From assembly GCA_963677925.2 (NCBI GenBank), contig CAXXYH010000003.1, positions 992,001 through 1,056,000 on the forward strand: a stretch of DNA of 64,000 bases. The letters are read 5' to 3'. A model generated the notes under the pieces. That model saw nothing but the letters and a program-made list of their open reading frames with translations. It had not been told where the DNA came from and searched no databases. Shown one piece after another: positions 29,371 through 39,886 of this stretch (its first letter is position 1; every line of letters begins with the position of its first letter). Origin of the DNA: Spirochaetia bacterium. Its GTDB lineage: Bacteria; Spirochaetota; Spirochaetia; UBA9216. Made by a program: the position numbers and the translations under genes.

Positions 29371-29481
29371 AAAAAAAGAGGCTGGCCGCTGAATCACGGC
29401 AGCCTATTAAGGAATGGAATACAACCTGACAGGCTGTATTTGGTTTAACCGGTGAACTGACCGGCTAAATGGTAAATCGCA
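29371..29481 (-). ncRNA. Candidate ~110-nt structured RNA (sRNA or attenuator/riboswitch-like leader)
   Basis: Follows a near-consensus promoter; three hairpins (29469-29444, 29440-29418, 29405-29379), the last followed by C and U7. Confidence 0.55.
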
Positions 29482-29487
29482 GTACAG

Positions 29488-29516
29488 ATTATAGAGAAAG
29501 TTGTTATATATTGCAA
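29488..29516 (-). promoter_or_regulatory. Sigma70 promoter
   Basis: TTGCAA (29516-29511), 17 nt, TATAAT (29493-29488). Confidence 0.75.
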
Positions 29517-29543
29517 CTTACATATTTATAGAAAATGCCGTCA

Positions 29544-32500
29544 TTATTGTATTTGGGTATCTACTCCCAGATACACCTGTTCCGAATCCTTAATGATACC
29601 GCGTTTAAGAAACTCCCGGAAGGCATTGATATCCTCCTCAGGAATGAACTGATCAGGTATATACACTTCTCTTGTACAAATCAGCTTTTTAGACTCAAAA
29701 GTATAGCTGTATTTCATATAGCTTTCGCCATAATTATAATCAGTGCTTTCAGGGAGGCTGCTTAATGTAAAATTATCCGGAATATCAATGATAGAAGTCT
29801 GTACCTGAGGAGTTGATAATGGAGATCCGGTAATTGAGATTCCATTTGTACTTTTATTTACACCAAGCCAGGATCTTACACGCAAATCAATAATATCTTC
29901 CCATGCAGGCGATATACAGAACAGCTCATTACCGGCTGATTTAAGAACAGGAGGAACTGTGCCGGTAAAGGAGATTATAGGATCAAAGAGCAGGTCTTCG
30001 ATATTTTTAGTATTAAAATCTTTGAGCAGCATCCCGGGCATCCAGGTATTCAATGCGGCGGAATAATATTCTTTCTGCTGCTCGCTGTTCCGCCAGTTAA
30101 ACGCCGCTCTGAGATCTCCGGCTGAGCGGCCCTGATATACAGCAGTTCCTTGAATCTCGGTATTTCCTGTAATACCTGACATCTCAATTAATGTATATGT
30201 TCTGTCTGAATCATCTGCTTCATTAATTTTTACAAGATTCCCGCCCTCGGTAACCGGGAGAACCCAGGTATTATAAAGCAGTTCGGGCATTTCTCCGTAT
30301 GTATAGTTGGTACCGGTAGGATCCAGAAACTCATCCCTGTCATTAATGGGTACGGCTACAATTGCATGCGTAAACCTGGGAGACGGCAGATACGGATGTT
30401 CTCCGTAATAACCCGGAGTACTTAGGACCAGATATGAATCAATGCCTGCAGCTTTCAGCATCGACACCAGAAGTACGCTCTGATCCTTGCAGTCACCGTA
30501 ACCTTCTCTGAATATTGATTCAGCAGTCTGAGGAACAAAATTACTGTACTGAAACGAAAGATCCTCATATTCAATTTGCGCAGAAACATAATTAAATATT
30601 GCAGCGATTATATCATCGGTTTTTTCAAGGCCCGAGCATAAGTCTTTTACTTTCTGTTCAATACTGCTGTCCGGATCCGTCTGACCAAGATAAAGGGTTT
30701 TGTACCAGTCAACAATATCTGTCCACTCAGATATGGAAGATATATCAACCCATGGGGCAATATCACGCAGAGGTGGCGACATGGCATCAACCTGAATGGC
30801 CTTTGCCTGACTGACAGTAAATACTGTTCTTTTATATCCTTCAATAAAATTATCTGTTACCTTCTCAACTTCATCTTCGGCTACATTATTATAATTATAT
30901 GAAAGTTCCGTATCTTCCGGATATATCAGCTGGAACTTCATCCTGTATACGGGATAATAATTTTTCAAATATACAGATGACCATAGTTCATTATTTATCT
31001 GACCTGACATATAGCTGTTTATTCTATATTTCATTACTATAAAATCTCCGGCGCTAAGACCTGGAAATGCAAGTTTTCTGCCGGATCTTTGAGCATAGAT
31101 CTTTGTTCCGTCGTCCTTAAGGATAAAAGCCTCATCGATATCGCCGTTTCCGTATGCCGGATTAAACTCGAGGTATTGATAACGGTTATCTTCTACCCCT
31201 CTGGCACTTAATACCTTTAGAATGAAATGCTGCATCGTGAACGAAGCACCGTCACCGAAAGAGACTTCAGTCCTGTCATCAAAAACAACTACAGCATCAG
31301 CATCTTCAAAGAAAAAGCCGGACTTCCGGTAATCATCAACAACAGAATAACTGTCTGAAATCTTAAGTTCCTTTCCAAACAGGCTCTCCCCGTTCAGCTC
31401 CCTTAATTCATCCCGGGTTTCCATATCCTGAGGATAGTATTTCACCAATTTGCCAAGAGCATCACTGTAGGCGGCTTTCTCCTTGTAATACATGGATTTG
31501 AATTCACTGCTTAAACCTGTATTATTTTCCGACTTAACTGCTTCAAGCTGCCGGTAAACATATCTGGACTGGCTTTTTTCCTTTGACATAATCTCATAGG
31601 ACATGGGGAAAGTGCCTGCGACCTCTGTAGTTTTTGCTCTTATATCACTTAATTTGGCATTTCCTTCGTCAAAAAGAAGATTTATATAATCAACCCACCA
31701 GGATTCGTTAATCGGATAATGTGCCAGATATTCTGTTATATATTTCTTTGCGAGTGTAAAATTATCGCGGTTGCGGTTTACCCTGTAGTTATAGACAAGT
31801 GCAGACCGGTACCCGCCTGTCCGGCCGAGACCAGAAATAAACTTAGAGAGCTGCTCATCTGAAAGGTTATCTGCATATCTGAGCATTGTATAATAAGGCA
31901 GAGCTAAACCCGGAAACTTTTCAGTAATTTTTCCCATCAGAGATGCGGCGGCTTTAGTCTCCTTGTTGCTCAGAAGAAGCCTGAGCCTTCCCTGCTGATA
32001 ATAATACCAGTCCCTGTATTCCGGATTAAGCTGGTCAAGAAAAGCTTCGGCCTTACCGTATCTTTCATTGGAGAAAAAGTTATAGATGGCATATTCGAGT
32101 GCCGGAGCCAGATTATTTTCTTCTGCAAGCGATAGCATTTTTTTCTCATAGCCTGCAAAATTCCCCTCCGCTCTTTCCAGCATTGCCTGCTGCCATTCCA
32201 GCAGGATGCTGAAAAATTCAGGCTCAACTTCCGATAAAACCTGCCTGGCCTGTTCATTCCAGCCCTTCTTTTCCAGAGCATAGGTAAGCCAGAATCTCAA
32301 TTCCGATGATTCCGGATTATCATCAATACCGGTACATAGTTCATTTAAATACGGATCAAAGATTCTTTCATCTTTAAAAAGTTCAGAATAGAGGACTGAA
32401 CGTTCCATCCAGCGGTCGGTAGCCTTATAAAACGAGGCATTGAAAGACGACGACTCTTCCCTGCTGCTGCATTTCACCAGCAGATTATATCTGCCTGCAG

Positions 32501-33410
32501 GCAGCTCCCGGCGGAGATATATCACATTCTCACCTGAATTATAATCAGTCAATTCTACAATCTTTTCATTATCAAGCCAGGCTTCAAAGCTGCCGCTTCG
32601 ACTGAAAACAAGCTCATATTCACCGGGGGCTTCCACTTCAAGGATGCTGAATGCGTATATCGAAGCATAGCCGGGCTCACTGTAATAACTGCTCACAGGA
32701 ATTTGAAGAGAAGTATCTGTTAAGAGAGGCTTATACGGTTCCGGTTTCCAGTTATTTTTCCCGGCTGAATATTCTCCGAAACCGAAGTTTTTTTCATCTT
32801 CAATCCTAACATAATCATAGCCGATACCGCATCCTGAAACATTGGAAAAGGGTCCCAGGAACTGCCAGCCGGTAACAAGATTCATTTCAGATTTAATCTT
32901 CTCACAAACTTCAGCTTCACCGGTCGAATTATATCTGTAGTCAAAAAGCAGGGTCTGATATTCACGGGCAGCCCAGTTCGGAGTATTTCGATCGTGTATG
33001 ACTTTTTCGAGTGCATTCAAATACAGCTGATAGTCTGTATTTGAATACAGACAATAATCACTTAAAAAATTCGCAGCCGGAATAGAAACAGGATCCAGCG
33101 GAGCCTCTTGAATTGATGAAGACAGGTGGGGAAAAGCATTAAAATCATCATTCATGAAGTATTCAGCAAGGCCCCTGCCCCTTAGTGCAGCGGAATCAGG
33201 CAGCATTTCATTATAGGCAGCAGTGAAAGTCCCTGCAGCTCTGCTGAAATTACCTGCATACAGTTCCTCCCAGCCCTGATCTAACTGAAGTTTTATCGAA
33301 TTCTTCAACTGAAGCAGATCTTCGCTGTTTTCCGCGTTCTCCGGAACTCCGGCGCAGCCATACAGCATCAGCATGATAATGATCAGCAGGACAACGAATC
33401 TTTTAGACAT
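29544..33410 (-). CDS. Large lipoprotein: TPR-like repeats + DUF3857-like + transglutaminase-like domain
   Basis: Lipobox LYGC; helical repeats; GDCKD (Cys), FTHAI (His), LDPT (Asp) triad. Confidence 0.82.
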   Translation of the reverse strand: MSKRFVVLLIIIMLMLYGCAGVPENAENSEDLLQLKNSIKLQLDQGWEELYAGNFSRAAGTFTAAYNEMLPDSAALRGRGLAEYFMNDDFNAFPHLSSSIQEAPLDPVSIPAANFLSDYCLYSNTDYQLYLNALEKVIHDRNTPNWAAREYQTLLFDYRYNSTGEAEVCEKIKSEMNLVTGWQFLGPFSNVSGCGIGYDYVRIEDEKNFGFGEYSAGKNNWKPEPYKPLLTDTSLQIPVSSYYSEPGYASIYAFSILEVEAPGEYELVFSRSGSFEAWLDNEKIVELTDYNSGENVIYLRRELPAGRYNLLVKCSSREESSSFNASFYKATDRWMERSVLYSELFKDERIFDPYLNELCTGIDDNPESSELRFWLTYALEKKGWNEQARQVLSEVEPEFFSILLEWQQAMLERAEGNFAGYEKKMLSLAEENNLAPALEYAIYNFFSNERYGKAEAFLDQLNPEYRDWYYYQQGRLRLLLSNKETKAAASLMGKITEKFPGLALPYYTMLRYADNLSDEQLSKFISGLGRTGGYRSALVYNYRVNRNRDNFTLAKKYITEYLAHYPINESWWVDYINLLFDEGNAKLSDIRAKTTEVAGTFPMSYEIMSKEKSQSRYVYRQLEAVKSENNTGLSSEFKSMYYKEKAAYSDALGKLVKYYPQDMETRDELRELNGESLFGKELKISDSYSVVDDYRKSGFFFEDADAVVVFDDRTEVSFGDGASFTMQHFILKVLSARGVEDNRYQYLEFNPAYGNGDIDEAFILKDDGTKIYAQRSGRKLAFPGLSAGDFIVMKYRINSYMSGQINNELWSSVYLKNYYPVYRMKFQLIYPEDTELSYNYNNVAEDEVEKVTDNFIEGYKRTVFTVSQAKAIQVDAMSPPLRDIAPWVDISSISEWTDIVDWYKTLYLGQTDPDSSIEQKVKDLCSGLEKTDDIIAAIFNYVSAQIEYEDLSFQYSNFVPQTAESIFREGYGDCKDQSVLLVSMLKAAGIDSYLVLSTPGYYGEHPYLPSPRFTHAIVAVPINDRDEFLDPTGTNYTYGEMPELLYNTWVLPVTEGGNLVKINEADDSDRTYTLIEMSGITGNTEIQGTAVYQGRSAGDLRAAFNWRNSEQQKEYYSAALNTWMPGMLLKDFNTKNIEDLLFDPIISFTGTVPPVLKSAGNELFCISPAWEDIIDLRVRSWLGVNKSTNGISITGSPLSTPQVQTSIIDIPDNFTLSSLPESTDYNYGESYMKYSYTFESKKLICTREVYIPDQFIPEEDINAFREFLKRGIIKDSEQVYLGVDTQIQ

Positions 33411-33499
33411 ATACTCAACCTTATTTTAATTGAACTTGTTATACTATTATGTTAAAAATATATCATGTAATTAACTATTTAAAGAATAACAGGATCCAT

Positions 33500-34666
33500 A
33501 TGAAAAAAATTTTTTTTACCATTCTTTTGTTTTTTTCTGCTTTGATCTGCTCATCAGCTAAAGATTCAGCCTTTCTGGAAACAGGAGCCTTTCTATTTAT
33601 AAACCCGGGCTGGCCGGGAACAGTTTATATCGATGGAAAAACTGTCGGTGATACTCCGCTTTTCATTTCTGATCTTTCAGCCGGAGCCCGGATGCTTCAG
33701 ATTCACGGAGATAACAGATTTTGTGAGATTAAACTGAAATACAATTCGTCTATCACAGAAACCACGATTTATTCACCTTCTCCTGAAAATTATTATGGAT
33801 ATCTTTCAATTTCATCTCCTGAAAATCCTGATATATATATCGATGGAGAACCGGTTAATGATACTGAATCCTGGCTTATTAAACTTGATTCAGGTCCGCA
33901 TGAAATTACTGCAGGCGGAAAGGATTATCTTTCCCGGACCTTTAACCTTATAATACCAGAACTTGAAACAGCCTACCTGACATTCAGTTTGAAGAAAGCC
34001 CATAAACTGCAGCTTACTCCTTCACTGCCGGAAAACACAACTATCACTCTGTTTAATACAGCAGCGATGGAAAAATACAGCTTTACGGAATCTGATGAGA
34101 TTACTCTAAGCAGCGGAAAGTGGCTTGGGGAAATATATAATCCCGATTATGAGAGGGCTGAATTTTCAGTTATGGTAGCAGATAAAGACTGTGAAATTCA
34201 GGTGGAGCTGGTCCAAAGCACTCCTAAACTGAAACTATCGGGGTTAAAACCCGAAAGCAGGGTTTTTCTCAATGACATGGAAGTCACCTCTTCAGTAAAT
34301 AATGGAATCATATCCATTCAACCGGGTAAGAATCAGGTATCTATATTTCATGAAGAATTTCTTCCGATTGTATTTAGCATTTTAAGTGAAGGAAGTACCA
34401 CGACTGAATCGGTGCTTGAGTATGTCAGGAATCCCGAATACGCCAGAAAAAAAGGAATCAAAGACGGAATCATCATTGGCGGAATAGGCTCGGCTCTTGC
34501 CGCAGCAGGGCTGCTTGCAACAAATAACAGTTTCCTGTCGAGTGTTTCCCCTGACTATGAAACCTACAGGATTTTAAAATATACTACGCTGGGAACAACT
34601 TTCTCCGGCCTGATTGTTGCAGTTACCGGCGGGGTTGTGAGCGGATACACACTCCTGAAATATTAG
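33500..34666 (+). CDS. PEGA-repeat membrane-anchored protein
   Basis: Signal peptide; VYIDGKTVGDTPL, IYIDGEP..GPHEIT, VFLND repeats; two C-terminal hydrophobic helices. Confidence 0.78.
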   Translation: MKKIFFTILLFFSALICSSAKDSAFLETGAFLFINPGWPGTVYIDGKTVGDTPLFISDLSAGARMLQIHGDNRFCEIKLKYNSSITETTIYSPSPENYYGYLSISSPENPDIYIDGEPVNDTESWLIKLDSGPHEITAGGKDYLSRTFNLIIPELETAYLTFSLKKAHKLQLTPSLPENTTITLFNTAAMEKYSFTESDEITLSSGKWLGEIYNPDYERAEFSVMVADKDCEIQVELVQSTPKLKLSGLKPESRVFLNDMEVTSSVNNGIISIQPGKNQVSIFHEEFLPIVFSILSEGSTTTESVLEYVRNPEYARKKGIKDGIIIGGIGSALAAAGLLATNNSFLSSVSPDYETYRILKYTTLGTTFSGLIVAVTGGVVSGYTLLKY

Positions 34667-34682
34667 GAAGCTGGAGAACCTG

Positions 34683-36338
34683 ATGAATAAAAGAAAAAAA
34701 AGTATATTAATATTTGCTGTAATTACATGCCTGGGCGCATGCGACGGTTTAGGCATTCTGGATGAACAGGGATTTTTCGTAGAAAAATATGATCTTGCAA
34801 CCGATATTGTTTCACCCGGTATAAATAAATATACCTACAGCGCCAGACCTGAAATTAAGTGGCTTGAGTCTGATAATATTATTTCATATGACTTTCAGCT
34901 TTCAGCTTCAGAGTCTTTCGGCACTTCCCTGCTTGCTGACATAAGCGAAAGCACAGCAGGCAGCTATACTCTAAGCCGGGATCTTCCGGACTACGGCAGG
35001 TACTACTGGCGCATCAGAATGACAATGACAGACGGAACAGTAACAAGCTGGTTTAACTACGCCTTTGCCTACCTTGATGAAAGTACTTTCGAACATTTTG
35101 AAGATTTTGAAGAAGACGGATTTTCAACACAGCATTCCTGGTCCTTGTCCGGAGATACCCTCCCGTTTATCACTGATTCTACAGCATATGACGGTTTTCA
35201 CTCTGTAAAGTTTAATGAGGATGAGGCTGGTGATTCTGTTGACAACAAACTGTCGCTTGATTTTACAACTGATGAATACGGTTTCTTTTCTTTCTATTAT
35301 AAAAATATCGGAGAAGATTCCAGTCTTTATTTCTATCCGGGAAATTACACAGACAGCATTACTGTTAATGAGGAAATCACGGAATGGACCCGGTACATGG
35401 TCTATATTGAACCGGATGATTATTATTTTTACTGGAATTATGAGCAAAGCTGGAATGCAGAAGCAGGTAATGCATACCTGGACTGTATTAGACTTGATCC
35501 GGTAGAAGGCCTGAATGATGATGATTTTGAGACAAATGACGGGAAGATGTCTACACTCAATAACTGGCTGATTGACGGTGATGTACTGCCGCACATAACA
35601 TCGTCAGAAAAATATGATGGAAATTACTCGGTCGAACTGGGAGATCCTGATAACTGGGGTGAAACGAACTTAAAAACTATCGCTGATTTTGAAGAAGACA
35701 GTATTCTTGGTTTCTGCATAAAAAACAGCAATTCTTCAGATAGTTTCTATTTCGACCTGGACGGTTCGACCATGTATTCTTTAAATGAAACTTTATCAGA
35801 CTGGACCATGGTATATGTTTACATCACAGCAGGCCGGCACTCTCTGGACTGGAGTTATAATGATTACTCAAGCGTATCAGATGCTAAGGTATGGATAGAT
35901 AGTATATCAGTTATCCCTGTTCCCGGCTTCATTGATGACAGCTTTGAAAACAGCGGCTCAGTGCTTTCATCAGATAACAGGTGGACTATAGGAGGTGATG
36001 GGCTCCCCTTCCTTCAGGCTGCTGAAGCGAGTGACGGAACCCAGTCAGTAGAGTTCGGGGACATCGGGTCCTATGATCAGTGCTGGTTTGAATTACTGGC
36101 CGACTTCTCCGCTGACGGAACGATTTATTTTGATACTCTGAAAGGCGGAACCAGCGGAAGATTATATCTCTACATTGACGGTAGTCAGGAAATTTATATA
36201 TCAACATCCTACAGCAGCTGGACAACACTGAATACCGCTGTCACAGCCGGTGTACATACCGTGAAATGGAGATATTACTCGTACAGTTCAAATCCTGAAG
36301 ACTGCTACATCGATAATATTCGATATGTTCCGGATTGA
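34683..36338 (+). CDS. Acidic surface lipoprotein with an FN3-like domain and three ~140-aa beta-sandwich repeats
   Basis: Lipobox LGAC; YYWRIR; repeats D.FE...W...GD.LP...G..SV...W.Y...[LI]D.I. Confidence 0.78.
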   Translation: MNKRKKSILIFAVITCLGACDGLGILDEQGFFVEKYDLATDIVSPGINKYTYSARPEIKWLESDNIISYDFQLSASESFGTSLLADISESTAGSYTLSRDLPDYGRYYWRIRMTMTDGTVTSWFNYAFAYLDESTFEHFEDFEEDGFSTQHSWSLSGDTLPFITDSTAYDGFHSVKFNEDEAGDSVDNKLSLDFTTDEYGFFSFYYKNIGEDSSLYFYPGNYTDSITVNEEITEWTRYMVYIEPDDYYFYWNYEQSWNAEAGNAYLDCIRLDPVEGLNDDDFETNDGKMSTLNNWLIDGDVLPHITSSEKYDGNYSVELGDPDNWGETNLKTIADFEEDSILGFCIKNSNSSDSFYFDLDGSTMYSLNETLSDWTMVYVYITAGRHSLDWSYNDYSSVSDAKVWIDSISVIPVPGFIDDSFENSGSVLSSDNRWTIGGDGLPFLQAAEASDGTQSVEFGDIGSYDQCWFELLADFSADGTIYFDTLKGGTSGRLYLYIDGSQEIYISTSYSSWTTLNTAVTAGVHTVKWRYYSYSSNPEDCYIDNIRYVPD

Positions 36339-36413
36339 CAGGTTATGGTGACAGATTTTAACGGATGATGTGTTATATCTATAGCATAGTTGAATGTATT
36401 CCAAGGAGATAGC

Positions 36414-37118
36414 ATGAAATATAAATTAAAAACATCAGTACTTCTGTTACTTGCAGGACTGACCATAGCCTTCAGTTCCTGTTCAACAATAAATAATCTG
36501 GCCGACTACGATCTTACCGGGACACCGATTGCCCTTGACCTTATGGCCCCAAGCAGACCTGAGGTTGATATCAGCTCAAGCTACTACGATACTGATGATT
36601 CAGTACTCGGTGCGGCTATACAGATTGGTGCAAACCTCATTAAAGCAGACCAGGAGAAGAGAACTCAGCAGAAACTTGAATCGGCTCTTAAGGGAATGTA
36701 CCTTCCGGAAATGGTTGGAGAACTGGTACTTGCACGTACAGTGCAGACGCTGGACGCGGTCAGAGTTGATAAGGTCAAAGAATCAGACGTGGTACTTGAG
36801 GTTGACATAGACCATTACGGCATTGAATCATATTCATCCGGGGCTCATATTGAAATGGTCATAGACATGGAAGTACGTCTGTACCATAAGATGAACCGCG
36901 AGATCATCTGGCAGAGGCATGTTAATACATCAAAGGATGTTACACCCGGCTTCTTCGGACTTGATGCCGTGGTAGGAGATGTTATGACCATTGCCGTCCT
37001 TGATAAACTTGAGGAGGCTGAGCTTGCGGAAGGCTTTGAGCGGCTTATGTACGAATCAATGGATGAAACCCTTGAACTCCTGCAGAAGGACATCAGGGAA
37101 GCAAGACGACGCGATTAA
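36414..37118 (+). CDS. Hypothetical lipoprotein
   Basis: ATG 36414 after AAGGAG; lipobox FSSC. Confidence 0.75.
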   Translation: MKYKLKTSVLLLLAGLTIAFSSCSTINNLADYDLTGTPIALDLMAPSRPEVDISSSYYDTDDSVLGAAIQIGANLIKADQEKRTQQKLESALKGMYLPEMVGELVLARTVQTLDAVRVDKVKESDVVLEVDIDHYGIESYSSGAHIEMVIDMEVRLYHKMNREIIWQRHVNTSKDVTPGFFGLDAVVGDVMTIAVLDKLEEAELAEGFERLMYESMDETLELLQKDIREARRRD

Positions 37119-37124
37119 ATATAG

Positions 37125-37163
37125 AAAAAGCCGTTATGCCGCAAAACCGTATAACGGCTTTTT
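37125..37163. terminator. Bidirectional intrinsic terminator
   Basis: AAAAAGCCGTTAT-N13-ATAACGGCTTTTT between convergent genes. Confidence 0.85.
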
Positions 37164-37790
37164 TTACCATATAACTTCCATCACCAGCTCTTCAGTATTT
37201 CCAAGCATATTCATCTCGAGCGTCGGGACAGTATAAGTAACGGTTCTGCCATCGGCGGACAGTTCTCCCATATTGTAGGAAACAATTGTTTTCGGTGCAG
37301 TTACAACAAAACTGATTTCGTATCCTTCAAAGAAGGGTTTCATCTGTGCCAGCTCCTCCTCGCTGACTTGTTCATCCGACGGTTCAGTAGCATCAGCTAT
37401 CTTCTGCCTGAATATCCATCGTTTTCCTTCATGTGTCAGAACAGCGTCCCCCAAAACATCAGTCTCTTCAAGCGCCACAAAGTTTTCAAAATCAATTACA
37501 GCTCTTATCAGATTAAACTCTTCTCCGACTTCCTCACTCACTTCCCTGACAGAGACTCCGGGCTGTTCACCGAGATCTTCCCGCAGCTGATCTGCACTTA
37601 AGGGAATTGAATCACTTTTCCCTCCTTCTGCAGCTCCCATCTGATAGAAAATCTGTGAAATTTTAAACTCCATTAGAATCGATCCGCTTCCGTCACGGTT
37701 GAAACTGGTATGAATCTTTGCACCCAGACAGGAATTAAGCGTAAGTACGACGGCAACTGTAAGAAAAATACCGGCTCTGGTTTTATACAT
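37164..37790 (-). CDS. Hypothetical lipoprotein (LppM-like N-terminal pattern)
   Basis: ATG 37790 after GGAGG; lipobox LNSC followed by FNRDGSGS. Confidence 0.7.
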   Translation of the reverse strand: MYKTRAGIFLTVAVVLTLNSCLGAKIHTSFNRDGSGSILMEFKISQIFYQMGAAEGGKSDSIPLSADQLREDLGEQPGVSVREVSEEVGEEFNLIRAVIDFENFVALEETDVLGDAVLTHEGKRWIFRQKIADATEPSDEQVSEEELAQMKPFFEGYEISFVVTAPKTIVSYNMGELSADGRTVTYTVPTLEMNMLGNTEELVMEVIW

Positions 37791-37841
37791 AGTTTTCCTC
37801 CGTTCCACAGCTCAGGCTGCTTATTTAAACTATATATAAAC

Positions 37842-38726
37842 TCAGTGCAGATTCATAGTTTTAATAAGGTTTTTTAGAACGGGTCTGGAATCATTGCCTC
37901 TCCAGGCAATGCCCAGATATGCAGGAGGAGAATCAGGAATTCCGAAAGTGCATACTTCACTGTTTTTCTCCAGCCTTGTATTGTGATCAAGCAGGGTAAT
38001 TCCCAGCCCGGCTTCAACACAGAGCATCAGACTTTCAAGTGAATTAAGTTTTCTGGTAATTTTGGGAGTGAATCCGGATCGGCTGCACTCACTTATAAAA
38101 CGGCTGTAGCCCTGAGGAGATTCCTCAGGAGATATTACAACAAAGTTTTCATCTTTCAAATCTGCCAAGGTCAGGTTATCTTTTTCAGACAGGGGATTTT
38201 TATGATTGATAGCAATGACTCCGCCGCCCCGGCTAAGCAGAATATTATAATTAAATTCCTGTGTACTGGTTATATCAAAACACATGGTAATTATAGCATC
38301 ATAGCATCCCGTTGCAAGTCCGGCACGCAGTCTGCTGAATCCTGCACGTTCAAGAATAATTTCAATGTGCGGATACTGTATTTCAAAGTCTTCAAGTTTC
38401 TTAAGAAGCGCTGCTGTAAGCTCCTGTCCCTCAAGTATCCCGATTGCGATCCTGCCGTTTTCTCCACGGCCGAGAGCCCTTGCCTGCTCGAATACACTCT
38501 CAATCTGCCGGGGGATTCCGTTCAGCTCATCGAATAACATCTTTCCTGCCTCTGTAAGATTTACGCTGCGCTTGGTCCTTACAAAGAGCTGAACACCGAT
38601 CTCTTCTTCCATCTGGGCAATGTGCTTGCTTAGATTGGGCTGAGCAATAAACAGTTTTTCAGCCGCCTGGGTAAAATTCAGAGTTCGGGCAACTTCTATA
38701 AAATACTTAATTTTGCTTATTGTCAT
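37842..38726 (-). CDS. LysR family transcriptional regulator
   Basis: LNFTQAAEKLFIAQPNLSKHIAQMEEEIGVQLFVRTKRSVNLTEAG. Confidence 0.93.
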   Translation of the reverse strand: MTISKIKYFIEVARTLNFTQAAEKLFIAQPNLSKHIAQMEEEIGVQLFVRTKRSVNLTEAGKMLFDELNGIPRQIESVFEQARALGRGENGRIAIGILEGQELTAALLKKLEDFEIQYPHIEIILERAGFSRLRAGLATGCYDAIITMCFDITSTQEFNYNILLSRGGGVIAINHKNPLSEKDNLTLADLKDENFVVISPEESPQGYSRFISECSRSGFTPKITRKLNSLESLMLCVEAGLGITLLDHNTRLEKNSEVCTFGIPDSPPAYLGIAWRGNDSRPVLKNLIKTMNLH

Positions 38727-38904
38727 GTTCTTAAGGTCATAATATCACTCTAATCCATAACTCTCAAGTTATAAATTAGTCATACTTATTCCGTTTTATA
38801 TATAAAAATTACGGAAACTTATATTTCTCAGATTCAAATTACGATGTTACCCTGAATTTAACATTAAAAGAATAATAAATTATTGATAAAGGAAGGACTA
38901 TTCC

Positions 38905-39840
38905 ATGAAAATACTTGGAATCGCTGCCGGACGTAAAAACGGCAATTCTGAAATACTTATGAAAGAAGCCCTGCTCGCCGCAGAAGCACAGGGAGCAGAG
39001 ACCTCATGGTTCAATCTTCACAATGCAAAGATTATTCCCTGCACAGGATGCGAAGTCTGTACCATGCGCGTAGCAATGAAGCATGAAAGCCCCGACTGTA
39101 TCCACAAGGGTAAAGATGATATGGAAAAAATCATGACAGAACTTGCCGAGGCTGACGGTCTGGTTATATCTGTTCCTTCATTCTGCATGCAGCCCCAGGG
39201 AATCTGGCGTATTTTCACAGACAGATGGCTTCCTTATGAATGGGCCCTGCAGAAACAGGCCGGTCTTGTTGAAAAGGCTCCGGACAGGGTGGCCGGACTT
39301 ATTACCTGCGGCGGATCAACACAGAACTGGATGACAATGACGCTTGCTTCACTGAATGTTTCAATGTTCATGCAGTCAATAAAAGTCGTAGATATGATGA
39401 TGGCTACAGGTGTTGCAAGACCGGGACATGTAGTGCTCAAGGACGATTTTATAACAAAGGCTAAAAAGCTGGGAGAAAATGTTGCCGGCTCCTGCAGCAT
39501 CGAATATGACAAGGTCGAATATCTTGGAGAAGAGGAAGGCTTATGCCCTGTATGCCATCACAACCTGATCATGAAAGGAAAACCTCACTGGAACGGCCTA
39601 AAGTTCAAGTACGAATGTGCAATGTGCGGTGCCGGAGGGGATTTGACAGCTGATTCTACCAGAGAGATAAGCTTTGTACTCGCAGAGAACGGACTTGAAC
39701 ACTGCAGACTGTTCACAGAGGGCAGGGAGAATCATGGTGCAGAAATTGGACTGGTTCAGAAAACATTTTTCGAAAATATCGGCGAAGCAAAGTCAAAAAT
39801 GCCTCGCTATGAAAATTACAAGCCAAGAAAAATTCTTTAA
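38905..39840 (+). CDS. Flavodoxin-fold / iron-sulfur flavoprotein-like protein with extra C-terminal Cys motifs
   Basis: GRKNGNS FMN loop, CTGCEVC...C, C-terminal CPVC and CAMC. Confidence 0.82.
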   Translation: MKILGIAAGRKNGNSEILMKEALLAAEAQGAETSWFNLHNAKIIPCTGCEVCTMRVAMKHESPDCIHKGKDDMEKIMTELAEADGLVISVPSFCMQPQGIWRIFTDRWLPYEWALQKQAGLVEKAPDRVAGLITCGGSTQNWMTMTLASLNVSMFMQSIKVVDMMMATGVARPGHVVLKDDFITKAKKLGENVAGSCSIEYDKVEYLGEEEGLCPVCHHNLIMKGKPHWNGLKFKYECAMCGAGGDLTADSTREISFVLAENGLEHCRLFTEGRENHGAEIGLVQKTFFENIGEAKSKMPRYENYKPRKIL

Positions 39841-39886
39841 AAGAGTTTGATTTATCTTAAAAAAGACGAAACAGGAGAAGGATAGG

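Noticed and set aside
29371-29481. Known riboswitch (TPP, T-box, c-di-GMP) or ilv leader peptide
   Set aside because: I could not find the hallmark sequences of these families or a Leu/Ile/Val-rich leader ORF; kept as an unassigned structured RNA
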